Assembly (NCBI GenBank): GCA_963729895.1 | Contig: CAVSQB010000029.1 | Location: forward strand, 1-52,925 | From: an uncultured Fibrobacterota bacterium | GTDB lineage: Bacteria > Fibrobacterota > Chitinivibrionia > Chitinivibrionales > FEN-1185 | Length of the DNA: 52,925 nucleotides | Reading direction: 5' to 3' | Shown here: piece by piece, positions 29,208 to 39,369 of the stretch | Position numbering within the stretch: the stretch's first letter is position 1 | Layout: the number at the start of each line of letters is the position of its first letter | Notes under the pieces: generated by a model | Database searches by the model: none | The model's input: the letters and a program-made list of their open reading frames with translations, nothing else | What the model was told of the DNA's origin: nothing | Position numbers and translations under genes: made by a program

Positions 29208-30519
29208 CAGGTTGTTGAAATAGTCCTAACAGAAGCGCTCTTGTTGATTTTTTATGAACCTAACTTCAACTTTACATATGTCAGAGAGGTTTTACCTGCC
29301 TCGTTCCGAGGCATTTCCCCGGATTCCCAGGCCATTCTCATGCTGCCCCCACCGTTTGCGGCATCAACTTAACCATGCGTATCAAGTTGTACGCTGCGGC
29401 AACCACGTAGGCAACAGTCTGGTTGATTCGTATTCCTCTTACCCGAGTTTTCCGCAGGCCACCGACGCTCTTGATCCACCCAAATATCTCTTCAACCCGT
29501 TTTCGTTTCCTTTGACTTACGCTGTATCCCTTATGCCGAGTCGTTCTTCCATCCAACCCTTTAAGCGAAGTGTTGGCCTTCTCGGCAATGTGAGGCTTCA
29601 CGTGCAGGCGTCGCAGGCTCTTGATAAATTCGGTTGCATGATACCCTTTGTCTGCACCCACCGTCTTCATCCGGCGTTTTCCGCGCCTGCGTTCATGCTT
29701 TATCAGCTCAAGCGCCATATCCCGTTCCGCTGTCCCCGTCGCTGGCGCAATGGCGATATCAACACACAACCCATTTCGGTTTTCCATCAGCACGTGACCG
29801 GAATACGCCAGCTGCGCTCCCGTTCTCTTGTTCTTCCGAGCCAACAGCGCCTCTGGATCGGTCGAACTCTGATGTGTCTCATTGCTTCGCTTCTCATGGT
29901 GGAAATCAACCGACGGATTACTCCGATCATCGTCAGTCTTGTTCGCCGATTCCGCGTCTTTTCGCTTGAAGCTCTTCATCGATGCCCAGGCTTCAATCAA
30001 CGTGCCGTCAACCGTGAAATGCTCATCGGACAACAACTCTTCGGAACGAGCAAGACGCACGATTTCCTGCATCAGCCGGTGCGCAATCTCCTGTTCCATA
30101 AGTCGATCTCGGTTCTTCGAAAACACACTATGATCAAACGATGCCGCATCCAGATCCATGTCAAGAAACCATCGGAACAGAATGTTATAGTCCAGCATCT
30201 CGCAAAACAACCGGTCCGACCGTATCGAAAACAAAGCCATCAATATCTGTGCTTTCAAAAGCCATTCCGGCGGTATCGAAGGGCGTCCCATCCGGCTGTA
30301 CATCGCCTCAAAGTCACGAGAAAGGCGGCGCAGCGCTATGTCCGTAAACTGTTTGACACGACGAAGCGGGTGCGTTGCCGGCACTCGGGAATCCGGAGAA
30401 ACGAAGCTGAACATACCGCCTTGGGCTGGCTGGGAACCTCTCATCAATACTCCTTGGTTGGGGTTCCCCTATAATATAAGGATAAATGTTTACAAAAGGG
30501 AGACTTTTTCAACACCCTG
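29208..30519 (-). mobile_element. IS5-family insertion sequence
   Basis: IRs CAGGTTGTTGAAATAGTC and (reverse complement) CAGGGTGTTGAAAAAGTC. CTAG duplicated on both sides. Confidence 0.9.
29338..30447 (-). CDS. IS5-family transposase (DUF772 N-terminus)
   Basis: Motifs GRPSIPPE, VDGTLIEAWAS, GADKGY and RKRVEEIFGWIK. Confidence 0.93.
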   Translation of the reverse strand: MMRGSQPAQGGMFSFVSPDSRVPATHPLRRVKQFTDIALRRLSRDFEAMYSRMGRPSIPPEWLLKAQILMALFSIRSDRLFCEMLDYNILFRWFLDMDLDAASFDHSVFSKNRDRLMEQEIAHRLMQEIVRLARSEELLSDEHFTVDGTLIEAWASMKSFKRKDAESANKTDDDRSNPSVDFHHEKRSNETHQSSTDPEALLARKNKRTGAQLAYSGHVLMENRNGLCVDIAIAPATGTAERDMALELIKHERRRGKRRMKTVGADKGYHATEFIKSLRRLHVKPHIAEKANTSLKGLDGRTTRHKGYSVSQRKRKRVEEIFGWIKSVGGLRKTRVRGIRINQTVAYVVAAAYNLIRMVKLMPQTVGAA

Positions 30520-30634
30520 CTAGAGACTTCCTATCAATATTTATAGCATTGTGGATTTGAAAAGCCAAGCAGTTTAGTTATCTTTCTCAAAATTAGGCGC
30601 ACGATGTATTTTTATTTTCTGTCAAAAGAGATCT

Positions 30635-30718
30635 GCGGAAGTGGTGAAACTGGCAGACGCGCTAGGTTCAGGGCCTAGTGAGAGCAATCTCATGGGGGTT
30701 CGATTCCCCCCTTCCGCA
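30635..30718 (+). tRNA. tRNA-Leu(CAG)
   Basis: Acceptor stem GCGGAAG/CTTCCGC, anticodon arm CTAGG-TTCAGGG-CCTAG, long variable arm, GGTTCGATTCC T-loop. CCA is not encoded. Confidence 0.95.
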
Positions 30719-30764
30719 TTTCACCTCGTTATCACGCTGTGCCTTCTTTACCAAACGATCACAA

Positions 30765-32603
30765 ATGAACGACAGCGATCCTCGCATCGAAGTGCTCCCA
30801 CCGTATGTCGTCGAAAAGATAGCGGCGGGCGAGGTTATTGAGCGGCCAGCATCCGTGCTCAAGGAATTTCTTGAGAATTCCGTAGATGCTGGTGCAACAA
30901 GGATAAATGTCGTTGTTGAGGATTCAGGATTTTCTCTTATTCAGGTGAGCGACAACGGTTGCGGAATGGCTCGTGACAATCTGCAAAAAAGCGTGCTTCT
31001 GCACGCCACGAGCAAGATCAGGACCGCCAACGACCTCTATGCGGTAGCAACCATGGGGTTCCGCGGAGAGGCGCTGGCAAGCATCGGGTCGGTGAGCAGG
31101 ACCACCGTCGCGAGCAGCGCAAGTACCGACGGCCTCGGGTTCATGCTCTCCTGCGAAGGCGGCGTTGTAAGGCCGCCCTCACCCGTGTCGCATGCGCGGG
31201 GGACTACCGTACGGTGCCAGGACCTGTTCTTCAACGTGCCCGCGCGGAAAAAATTCATGAAAACGCGCAAGTCGGAACGTGTCGCTCTTGTCAAGATGCT
31301 TGAGCAACTCGTCGTTCCGTTTCCGTCCATCCATTTTACCGCCGTGTTCGACGGCAAGTCTCTCTTCGACATGCCGGTTGCCGACAGTCCGATCGGCCGC
31401 ATCTCGCAGGTGGCCGGCGTCGACTTCGCACGATCGCTCCTGAAGGCGCAGGGAAGCGCCAAGGGCATGGAAGCGACCATCTACTTCCCCCTGAGCGGCG
31501 AAGACACGACCCGACCACGGTACCAGAACCTGTATGTCAATCTGCGCCGGGTGGAAAACGATTCCGTGTTGTACGCCATACGCCAGGCATTCGCGCAACT
31601 CATCCGCCGGGATGCGCGACCTTCGTTCTTTTGTTTCATCGATGTCGATCCGGCCGCAATCGACGTGAACGTACATCCTACAAAACAAAAAGTGAAGTTC
31701 GAAAACGAGCGCGAACTTTTCAGCTTTGTGTTCGGAATGGTGAGCAGGGTCCTCAAGCCTTCGCCGGAAAAAGGATTCGGGCCGGTCCGGCACGACCGGA
31801 GCACGGCGGAGGGAAGCTCCGTCATGGAGCCCGCCTCGACCTACGCGGGTTCTTCCGGAGGTGAACAGCCGGGGAAGGAGCCCGCGCGATTTTCAACCGG
31901 GGAAAAGGGGGACCGGTCCGTCGGCCAGACCATCCTTTCCTTTCCCGCGCGAGGCCCGCAGAACCAACCGTCGCCCGAATCAGCCGGTGGGGACGGCGCA
32001 AAATTGACGGATGGCGATGAAGCCCCGTCGTGGAACCTGATTTCCTGCTATCAGATCCACCAGATGTTCGTTCTCGCGCCTATCAAGAACGGAATACTTC
32101 TTATCGATCAGCACGCCGCGCACGAAAGAATCCTGTACGAACAGGCGCTCGACGACCTGACAGGCGGGCGGTCCGCGTCGCAGCAGCTTCTTTTTCCCCT
32201 CGTGCTCAGGCTCGCCGCCACCGAAAAGGCGGTTGCCGTGTCTTCGACGGAATACTTTGAGGCGTTTGGATTTGACATCAAGGATTTCGGAGGCAGCGAT
32301 GTCTCGGTTTCCGCAACGCCGTCGTTCATGAAGAATGCCGACATCGAGCATTCGGTTCGGGACATGCTGACGTATCTGCTCGATGAGAAGAGCGTCGAGC
32401 ATTTTCCCGAGCCGCATCAGCGTTTCGCCGCGGCCTTTGCCTGCGGCGCGGCCATCAAGTCCGGCCAGCGGCTTTCCGAAGAGGAAATGAACGCGCTGCT
32501 CAACAGCCTGTTCTCGTCCAAGAACCCGTACACGTGCCCGCACGGCAGGCCCACGGTGGTGAGAATCTCCCTCGACGAATTGTCGCGGAGGTTTCTGCGC
32601 TAA
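30765..32603 (+). CDS. mutL: DNA mismatch repair endonuclease MutL
   Basis: Motifs IAAGEVIERPASV, GFRGEALASI, DQHAAHERILYE and CPHGRP. Confidence 0.97.
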   Translation: MNDSDPRIEVLPPYVVEKIAAGEVIERPASVLKEFLENSVDAGATRINVVVEDSGFSLIQVSDNGCGMARDNLQKSVLLHATSKIRTANDLYAVATMGFRGEALASIGSVSRTTVASSASTDGLGFMLSCEGGVVRPPSPVSHARGTTVRCQDLFFNVPARKKFMKTRKSERVALVKMLEQLVVPFPSIHFTAVFDGKSLFDMPVADSPIGRISQVAGVDFARSLLKAQGSAKGMEATIYFPLSGEDTTRPRYQNLYVNLRRVENDSVLYAIRQAFAQLIRRDARPSFFCFIDVDPAAIDVNVHPTKQKVKFENERELFSFVFGMVSRVLKPSPEKGFGPVRHDRSTAEGSSVMEPASTYAGSSGGEQPGKEPARFSTGEKGDRSVGQTILSFPARGPQNQPSPESAGGDGAKLTDGDEAPSWNLISCYQIHQMFVLAPIKNGILLIDQHAAHERILYEQALDDLTGGRSASQQLLFPLVLRLAATEKAVAVSSTEYFEAFGFDIKDFGGSDVSVSATPSFMKNADIEHSVRDMLTYLLDEKSVEHFPEPHQRFAAAFACGAAIKSGQRLSEEEMNALLNSLFSSKNPYTCPHGRPTVVRISLDELSRRFLR

Positions 32604-32658
32604 CGGGAACAACGTCCTTTGACGCACACGTCAACATAAGGTCAGGAAGAGGTCGCGT

Positions 32659-33996
32659 ATGTCCGACGCCGTGCTGCTCAAATCCATCGGGTGCCGCACC
32701 AACCAGGAGGAAATGGCCGCGCTGGCCGCGATCCTCGCCGGTCGCGGGCACAGCGTGGTGGAGAGGCTCCAGGACGCCGATGTCGTTATTGTCAACACCT
32801 GTTTCGTCACCTCGGCCACCGAGGCGAAAACGCGGCATTATATTTCCGCGCTGTCGCGCGCGCGCCCGGGCATAAAGATCTGCGTCACCGGGTGCTTTGC
32901 CCAGCATTCCCCGCTCGACATCAAACGGCGCCTTCCCGTCACCTGGGTGGTGGGAAACGGTTTCAAACAGGACATTCCCTCCATCCTGGAAGACCGCACC
33001 GGCGGCGTTTTCCACGGCGACGTGGAATCTCCAAAGTCACGGGCTATCTCACTTGTCAATATGCCGGTACGGTCCGGGTCGGGCGGCCGCACGCGGTTCT
33101 TTCTCAAGATTCAGGAAGGCTGCGATTGCCGCTGCAGCTACTGCGTGGTTCCCCTGGTGCGCGGACCCTCGGTGAGCGCCCCGGTTCGGGACGTGCGTGC
33201 GGCGTTGCGCCGCGCCGTTGACGCAGGATACAAGGAGATCGTTCTTACCGGCACGCACATCGGCCACTACGCCGGTGGGGAATGCGGTTCACTGGCCGAT
33301 CTGGTTGCGGCCCTTGCGGACAGTCCGGGCGATTTCCGCATTCGGCTGAGTTCTCTTGACCCCCGCGAACTGTCGGATTCCCTGCTCGACGCCGTCGGTT
33401 CGCATCCCAACCTGTGCAGGCACCTTCATGTGAGCGTGCAAAGCTTTTCCTCGGAGATACTTGCCGGGATGAACCGGCCGATTCCCGACGTGGAGGGTCT
33501 GGTGAACCGTCTGGCCTCGTTCCGGCGGCAGTGTCCCGGCGTGGGGCTCGGCGGCGATTTCATCGTGGGATTCCCCGCCGAAACGGAGGAACAGTTCCAC
33601 ACCACGTGCTCGGCCGTCGTCGCCGCGGGATTCAGCTACGGCCACGTGTTCCGGTATTCCAGGCGTCCCGGCACGCCCGCCGCCTCGTGCGGCGGACAAA
33701 TTGACGAAGGTGAAAAGACCGCGCGGAGCGCCCGTCTCCGGGAGGTTCTTGACGCGTGCCACGCGTCCTTTACAGAAAGCGCGCGGGGAGGGACGCAGAG
33801 AATTCTGGTGGAGACCGACGATCCGGTTTCCGGCCTTGCCTCCAATTATCTCCGCATCGAGGTTCCCGGCGGGCATGCGCAAAAGAACACCTGGATGAAC
33901 GTCGTTTTAACCGGGACCAACCCGGACAACGGCCGCTGCGTCGGAATGCCTGTCAAAGAAAAGTCGCATCACGGAATGCCGGCAAGTTTGGGTTGA
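32659..33996 (+). CDS. mtaB: tRNA t6A37 methylthiotransferase (MtaB-like radical SAM)
   Basis: Motifs GCRTN, VNTCFVT, KIQEGCDCRCSYC and SNYL in the TRAM region. Confidence 0.8.
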   Translation: MSDAVLLKSIGCRTNQEEMAALAAILAGRGHSVVERLQDADVVIVNTCFVTSATEAKTRHYISALSRARPGIKICVTGCFAQHSPLDIKRRLPVTWVVGNGFKQDIPSILEDRTGGVFHGDVESPKSRAISLVNMPVRSGSGGRTRFFLKIQEGCDCRCSYCVVPLVRGPSVSAPVRDVRAALRRAVDAGYKEIVLTGTHIGHYAGGECGSLADLVAALADSPGDFRIRLSSLDPRELSDSLLDAVGSHPNLCRHLHVSVQSFSSEILAGMNRPIPDVEGLVNRLASFRRQCPGVGLGGDFIVGFPAETEEQFHTTCSAVVAAGFSYGHVFRYSRRPGTPAASCGGQIDEGEKTARSARLREVLDACHASFTESARGGTQRILVETDDPVSGLASNYLRIEVPGGHAQKNTWMNVVLTGTNPDNGRCVGMPVKEKSHHGMPASLG

Positions 33997-34261
33997 TGTC
34001 GCCTGAGGGCCGTGGAGAACCTTTAAGGTTTCAGGTTTCCAAAGTGGAACTACCCTGGAGCGGCTTGCAGTAACAGCCGGCGAAGCATTATAAAATGAGA
34101 AAAGTGGAGATGCTTTCATCACTTTTCTGGCAGGGCGAGGGCCAGGGAATTATTTTTCGAAGTTGACAAGGTTGGTTTTGACTGAAGAAAAGCTCCGTTC
34201 GACTGGCAGATGATGTACTCATCCACCGGGTTGTGCGGGTTGGATTCATTATTCTGAAGCG

Positions 34262-34738
34262 GGGTTGCGCCCCCGCGCGACGCCCTACTTTTCTTCTGCA
34301 GCGAAGAAAAGTAGGCAAAAGACGCCGCCCCGCAGTGTCGCTTGTTCGCTGCGGCCTTCAGGGGGCTGCGGAACAAGGGAAATGATATCGAATAGCATTT
34401 CTCTCCGAGAAACGCGGACTCGTCCTCGCCCCTGGTCTTCCGGCCGCAGCTGCGCCACTGAGGGGTGAAACGCAGAAGCTACCGTTACGTATTTTGCTTT
34501 TTGCGTTAGGGGCGACTGGAAGTCCCGCTATAGCGGGATTGGCGGCCGACCCGCCGCTGATTGTCGAGTGCCGCTCCCCTCGATACATCCCTGCGGGACA
34601 CTCGGGGAGCGGTGTATCGAGACACAGCGGCATAGGGCGACCGGCAACGAGGCCGACCGGCCGACGACCCTTGGAAGCACCCGAAGGGGTGGCCTGGAAG
34701 AAGAACCGACCCGAGCGCAGCGAGGGAAACGCCCAAGT
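34262..34738. repeat. Intergenic mosaic repeat R5
   Basis: CCTACTTTTCTTCTGCAGCGAAGAAAAGTAGGCAAA (shared with R9), a block shared with R4, and module C nearly identical to R3. Confidence 0.85.
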
Positions 34739-34773
34739 TGCTTTTCTAAAATTGTTTTGTCAGAAATCAACCT

Positions 34774-35694
34774 ATGAGTATTTTTGATCGACTCAAAGAC
34801 GGCCTCGAAAAAACCCGCACCCAGATTGCCGCGGCGCTGTCCGGCGCGGGCGGCAGGTTCGACGAGCACTTCTACGATTCGCTCGAGGACGCGCTCATCC
34901 GGGCGGATATCGGCCTGGAATGCAGCACCGATCTCGTGGCCAGACTCAAGAGGGAAATTGCGCAAAAGGGAATAGACTCTCCTGCAGCCGCCTATGGCGC
35001 GCTCAAGACCTTGCTCGCCGGCGACCTTTCGGTTGTCAAACTGCCGGAAGAGTTCCCGCCCAAACCATGGGTGATACTCGTGGTTGGGGTCAACGGTGTG
35101 GGCAAGACCACCACCATAGGCAAATTGGCCAGGGAATTCAACGACGCGGGCAAGAAGGTGATGCTCGGGGCGGCCGACACGTTCAGGGCTGGCGCGGCCG
35201 AGCAGCTCCGGATCTGGGCGCAGCGCACGAATTCCGCATTCGTTTTCCAGCAGGACGGCGCCGACCCGGCATCGGTTGCATTCGACGCGCTGGAAGCGTC
35301 CAAGGCACGCGGCATAGACGTCCTCATTCTTGACACCGCAGGAAGGCTCCACAACAAGGCCAATCTCATGAACGAGCTGGAGAAGATCGTGCGCGTCATC
35401 AAGAGAAACCTGCCGCACGCGCCCAACGAAGTGCTGCTCGTGGTGGATGCCACCACCGGGCAGAATGCACTCAACCAGGCAAAGGTGTTCAACGAAATGA
35501 TCGGCATTACCGGATTCGTCATCACAAAGCTCGACGGCACCTCGCGGGGCGGCATCGCCGTTGCGCTGTCGAAGAACTTCGGCATTCCGGTACGAAAGAT
35601 AGGCGTGGGAGAGGGCCTCGACGACCTGCAGGATTTCGATCCTGGTGCCTATGTCGAAGCCATGTTCGGCGATCTTTCCCCGCCGGTTGCGTAA
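34774..35694 (+). CDS. ftsY: SRP receptor FtsY (NG domain only)
   Basis: Motifs GVNGVGKTTTIGKLA, DTFRAGA, DTAGR and TKLDG. Confidence 0.97.
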   Translation: MSIFDRLKDGLEKTRTQIAAALSGAGGRFDEHFYDSLEDALIRADIGLECSTDLVARLKREIAQKGIDSPAAAYGALKTLLAGDLSVVKLPEEFPPKPWVILVVGVNGVGKTTTIGKLAREFNDAGKKVMLGAADTFRAGAAEQLRIWAQRTNSAFVFQQDGADPASVAFDALEASKARGIDVLILDTAGRLHNKANLMNELEKIVRVIKRNLPHAPNEVLLVVDATTGQNALNQAKVFNEMIGITGFVITKLDGTSRGGIAVALSKNFGIPVRKIGVGEGLDDLQDFDPGAYVEAMFGDLSPPVA

Positions 35695-35713
35695 CCTTTT
35701 CCCGGGAGTAACC

Positions 35714-35896
35714 ATGGCTCTTGACGAAAGCAAATTCGATACCATGCAGTTCATGCGTTGCACGCAGTGCGGCAACGTGTTCGCGGCGCGTCTCAACGGC
35801 AGCGGCGTTCCCGAGTGTCCCGAATGCTCCTCGGCGGACGTGGCGCGCTTCAGGCCCGACGGGAAGCAGGAAGACCATTCGAAATCGGAGGACTAG
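35714..35896 (+). CDS. Small zinc-ribbon protein
   Basis: CTQC...CPEC. GGGAG RBS. Sits in operon position after ftsY. Confidence 0.7.
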   Translation: MALDESKFDTMQFMRCTQCGNVFAARLNGSGVPECPECSSADVARFRPDGKQEDHSKSED

Positions 35897-36444
35897 TGGA
35901 AAATCCAATGTGGTCGGCGTTCCGTTTTTCCAAGCAGGATGAAGACCTGCTCGACCTGCTCGCGGGCGTCCCTATTTTCGAAGGGTTTTCGCGGAACAAT
36001 TTGAAACTCGTGCTGAGAATGCTGCATTCGCGGCAGTACAAAAAGGGCGAGGCCGTTTTCACCGAGGGCGAACCGGGGGCGGGCATGTACATCATAATCT
36101 CCGGTGAAGTCGAAATAACGCGGAAGTTCAACCATGGCGAGCTGTCGCTCGCCGTGGTGAGGGAACACGGATTCTTCGGCGAACTCGCCCTTCTCGACGA
36201 AATGCCCCGCGGCGCGTCTGCCAGGGCCGCGGCGGAAACCGTGATTTTCGGTTTTACAAGGCCTTCGCTTGAAAGCCTGTGCGGCAGAAACCCGAGGCTG
36301 GGAATCAAGGTATTGCTCAACCTGTCCCGCTTGGTGTGCAGAAGGCTTGTCAAAAGCAACGACGCACTGGAGCTCATGCAGAACCGGCTCGGCGTTGAGA
36401 CAAAGGAACCGGGCAACCGGGAAGGCGCCGCGGTCCATGTTTAA
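35896..36444 (+). CDS. Cyclic nucleotide-binding domain protein
   Basis: VFTEGEPG...FFGELALLDEMPRGASA. GTG start after GGAGG. Confidence 0.88.
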   Translation: MENPMWSAFRFSKQDEDLLDLLAGVPIFEGFSRNNLKLVLRMLHSRQYKKGEAVFTEGEPGAGMYIIISGEVEITRKFNHGELSLAVVREHGFFGELALLDEMPRGASARAAAETVIFGFTRPSLESLCGRNPRLGIKVLLNLSRLVCRRLVKSNDALELMQNRLGVETKEPGNREGAAVHV

Positions 36445-37501
36445 GTCCAGGCCCGCATCCCACTACCTGTTTCAGTACGGCTTCTACGGCCTCGTGCTGG
36501 TCTTTCTTGCGGGAATTCTATTTTCGTTCACGTTTATTTTTGTGACGCTCTTTGCATCCGTACTCATTGCCCTCCTTCTCGAACCGGCGGTCAATTACTG
36601 GGAGACAAGGGGCATCCCGCGGGTGCTTGTCATCCTTGGAATTTACGTGTTCATTGCCGCTGTGCTCGCCCTGCTCGGTTCGTTCCTCATTCCCGTGTTC
36701 ATGGACGAACTCAAAAATTTCGCAGCCAATCTTCCCGGCTACGGTTCCATGATCCATGAGGCGATTTTGAAAATGCAGAAAGTCGCACGCGACAAGGTTC
36801 CGTGGCTTACCATGCCCGATTACTATCCCTATCTCCAGGCCAGACTTGCGGCCGCGGCGCAAAAGGCCATGGTTTCGGTGCCGGCCCTGGCGACCAGCAT
36901 CGTTTCGCTCGTTTCGATGGCCCTTCTTGTTCCGCTCATCACGTTTTTTCTGCTTGCGGACGGACACCTCTTTTCAAACAACATACTTTCGCTTGTACCC
37001 AACCGGTATTTCGAAATGTCGGTCCTGCTTTTTCACAGGGTCATGGATGCGCTCAAACGGTACGTGAGGGGACAGTTGATCGATTCGTGCGCCATTACCA
37101 TCCTTACCTGCGTCGGATATGCCATCGTGGGGCTTCCTTACTTTGTGGTGATCGGGCTGGTCTCGGGCCTTGCGAATTTCATTCCGTATTTCGGGCCCAT
37201 CATCAGTTTTTGCGCCGCATTCTTTGTGCTCCTGATCACCCCGGGATTGTTTTCCGTGTGGTCCGTGACCGCGGTGTCCGCGGTCTTTCTGGCGATCCAG
37301 GCGATCGACGGCACGTTGATTTATCCGAATGTGGTCGGCAAGACGGTCAATCTTCACCCGCTCGTCGTCATTCTCGGGGTCGCGGCGGGCGGAAACATGG
37401 GCGGAATCGTGGGCATGCTTCTGGCTGTTCCCCTCATCAGCATTTGCAAGGTGACGTTTGAGGTTCTGTATTCCTACCTGAAGAGTTATTCCATTATCTA
37501 G
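36437..37501 (+). CDS. AI-2E family transporter
   Basis: Motifs YVRGQL, NFIPYFGP, LHPLVVI and GMLLAVP. Multiple TM segments. Confidence 0.92.
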   Translation: MFKSRPASHYLFQYGFYGLVLVFLAGILFSFTFIFVTLFASVLIALLLEPAVNYWETRGIPRVLVILGIYVFIAAVLALLGSFLIPVFMDELKNFAANLPGYGSMIHEAILKMQKVARDKVPWLTMPDYYPYLQARLAAAAQKAMVSVPALATSIVSLVSMALLVPLITFFLLADGHLFSNNILSLVPNRYFEMSVLLFHRVMDALKRYVRGQLIDSCAITILTCVGYAIVGLPYFVVIGLVSGLANFIPYFGPIISFCAAFFVLLITPGLFSVWSVTAVSAVFLAIQAIDGTLIYPNVVGKTVNLHPLVVILGVAAGGNMGGIVGMLLAVPLISICKVTFEVLYSYLKSYSII

Positions 37502-37545
37502 TCAATCTTGGTGAACTTGTATTTGTATTGAGTAATTTGAGTAGT

Positions 37546-37934
37546 TACAATGCCTCTGGATAGCAGTGCCGCGAGAATTTAATACACAAATGCATTTGGA
37601 TGGCTGAGCCGGGTGACCCCCAAGTAAGTTTATTTGCGAGAATCCAATCTTCGGTCGGGGGGCACCCACGAGGTGTCGCTGTAGGGGTGAAAGGGGGATT
37701 CGCTTTAGATGCATTCTCGCACAGAGAAACTTGACAATTGTGGCAACTATCTTTTGTCCAGCGCCAGGTTGGACTGCCGGGTGCTCCGGAGAGCAGTGCC
37801 GGTCGACCCCGCCGAGAGGCATAGGGGCCAACCGGCACCGAAGCCGACGGGCTGAGCCCAGAAGGAGAACCGCCGCCGGAGGCGGGGCGCCACTATCCCT
37901 TGACATTGTGTGAACGAGGGGAACGCCCAAGCCT
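37546..37934. repeat. Intergenic mosaic repeat R6
   Basis: Inverted right-end module of R1 followed by module B. Closely similar to R7. Confidence 0.85.
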
Positions 37935-37989
37935 TCATCTCGTTAATGCCGCCGGACGCCCGGATTTCTATCTTTCTTTATATTACATA

Positions 37990-38904
37990 TTACCGCATAC
38001 GCAAAAACCGCGATTCGGTGGTGATGCCGTTCTGCTCCACCCTTAGCATATAGACGCCGTGGAGTGTTCCGGCGATCGGGAGGACCAGCTCGTGCGTGCC
38101 GGCGGAAGGGAGCATCTGCTGCGTCTTGAAAACGGTTCTGCCCTCGCAATCCACGACGAAAATCCTCACCGGACCGGCGGCATTGCAGGAAACCGACAGC
38201 CGGTCGTTTGCGATGGCCTCAAGTTTAAGGCCGGCCGGGGCGGCGTGCACCGGCGCTGCCGTCCGGATGCCGGTTCCGCTCGCGAGCCGGAATCGCGCCC
38301 AATCGGAATTCCAGCCTCCCAGAGCAAACGTAATTTGAACGACCTGCAGCCCCGTATCGAGCTTGATGGAATCGACAGCGAAGTTGACGGTCCAATTATG
38401 CCAGATTTCCGTCACTCCGCCGGGCGGAGGGGTCACCAGCACCACCGCGGGAAGGTTTTTAACGGAATCATTTTGGACCTTTGTCCCGTCGTAGTAGGTG
38501 AGCGTGATGAGGTTCGGGGGAGCGTTGACATTAGCAAGTTTGAAGTCGACATAGTAGGTGCCGGCCGTGTTGACGTGGACCGTATATTTCGGATTCAACC
38601 CTGCGTTCATATAGGCAAGATGCGAGGTCGGATGCGTTGCATTTACCGAAGAATCGAGCTGCCCGTTGGTACCGTAGCCAAGACAGTCGTAATCCCAGTT
38701 GCTGTAGGCCTGAAGCGTGACATTACCGCCGCCCACATCGACGAACATTTCCTTGATGACGCCCGGAAGCTGTTGCGGTTTGCCCAAGAGCGTGTCGCCC
38801 GCGTACGGCGTTCCCGTGTATCCGGGTGGAATCGCGGCGCCGGCCATGGAGGCGAACAAAAAGCAGGCAATGGCTTGGAAGTAAAACTTGACGGGATGTA
38901 CCAT
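37990..38904 (-). CDS. Secreted CBM6-like carbohydrate-binding protein with T9SS-like C-terminal domain
   Basis: Signal peptide, KYTVHVNTAGTY...WHNW...GWNSDWARF, and C-terminal VVDCEGR...LHGVYMLRV. Confidence 0.72.
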   Translation of the reverse strand: MVHPVKFYFQAIACFLFASMAGAAIPPGYTGTPYAGDTLLGKPQQLPGVIKEMFVDVGGGNVTLQAYSNWDYDCLGYGTNGQLDSSVNATHPTSHLAYMNAGLNPKYTVHVNTAGTYYVDFKLANVNAPPNLITLTYYDGTKVQNDSVKNLPAVVLVTPPPGGVTEIWHNWTVNFAVDSIKLDTGLQVVQITFALGGWNSDWARFRLASGTGIRTAAPVHAAPAGLKLEAIANDRLSVSCNAAGPVRIFVVDCEGRTVFKTQQMLPSAGTHELVLPIAGTLHGVYMLRVEQNGITTESRFLRMR

Positions 38905-39369
38905 ATCGACAACTCCTTTTTTTAATAGTGCTTTCCCCCCTTTTTTCAAAGACCATCCTGGCCTTCCGGACCATTGTTTTTTTTGTCATTTACCTCCTTT
39001 GATTGTGCTTCCCGGATATTTTTTCCGGGAAAAGGGCTTGCGAGGCGGCAACTCAACGGCCGGGATTTTTTCCGTGAGGGTTTCCATGGGACAAATATAA
39101 ATGACGACCGGCGGCTTCGGCTATCGTTGGCAGTTCATTGTGAGAACGCCAACGGCGGGACAGGGCACATTTCTTGCTGTTTACTTCATCATGGGAGATG
39201 CCCTATGAATCTCAAAGGGTATCTTGCCGTAAGCTCACTGGTATTTATCTCATGAGGCTGGTTCATTCGGACGGCATCGGAGGCGCATTGGGCGGCACTG
39301 TTCTCGCGCAAACAGGTATCCTGATTTCTGCTCAAAGCAAAATCCTAGAATAAAGAAAAGGAGGAAGTC

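Noticed and set aside
29254..30474. 406-aa plus-strand ORF
   Set aside because: Antisense to the IS5 transposase.
30635..30718. tRNA-Leu as an island attachment site
   Set aside because: No duplicate of its 3' end and no integrase found in the window. mutL follows directly.
39206..39255. Short ORF MNLKGYLAVSSLVFIS with GGGAG RBS
   Set aside because: Too short to support. Possibly the remnant of a membrane protein gene.
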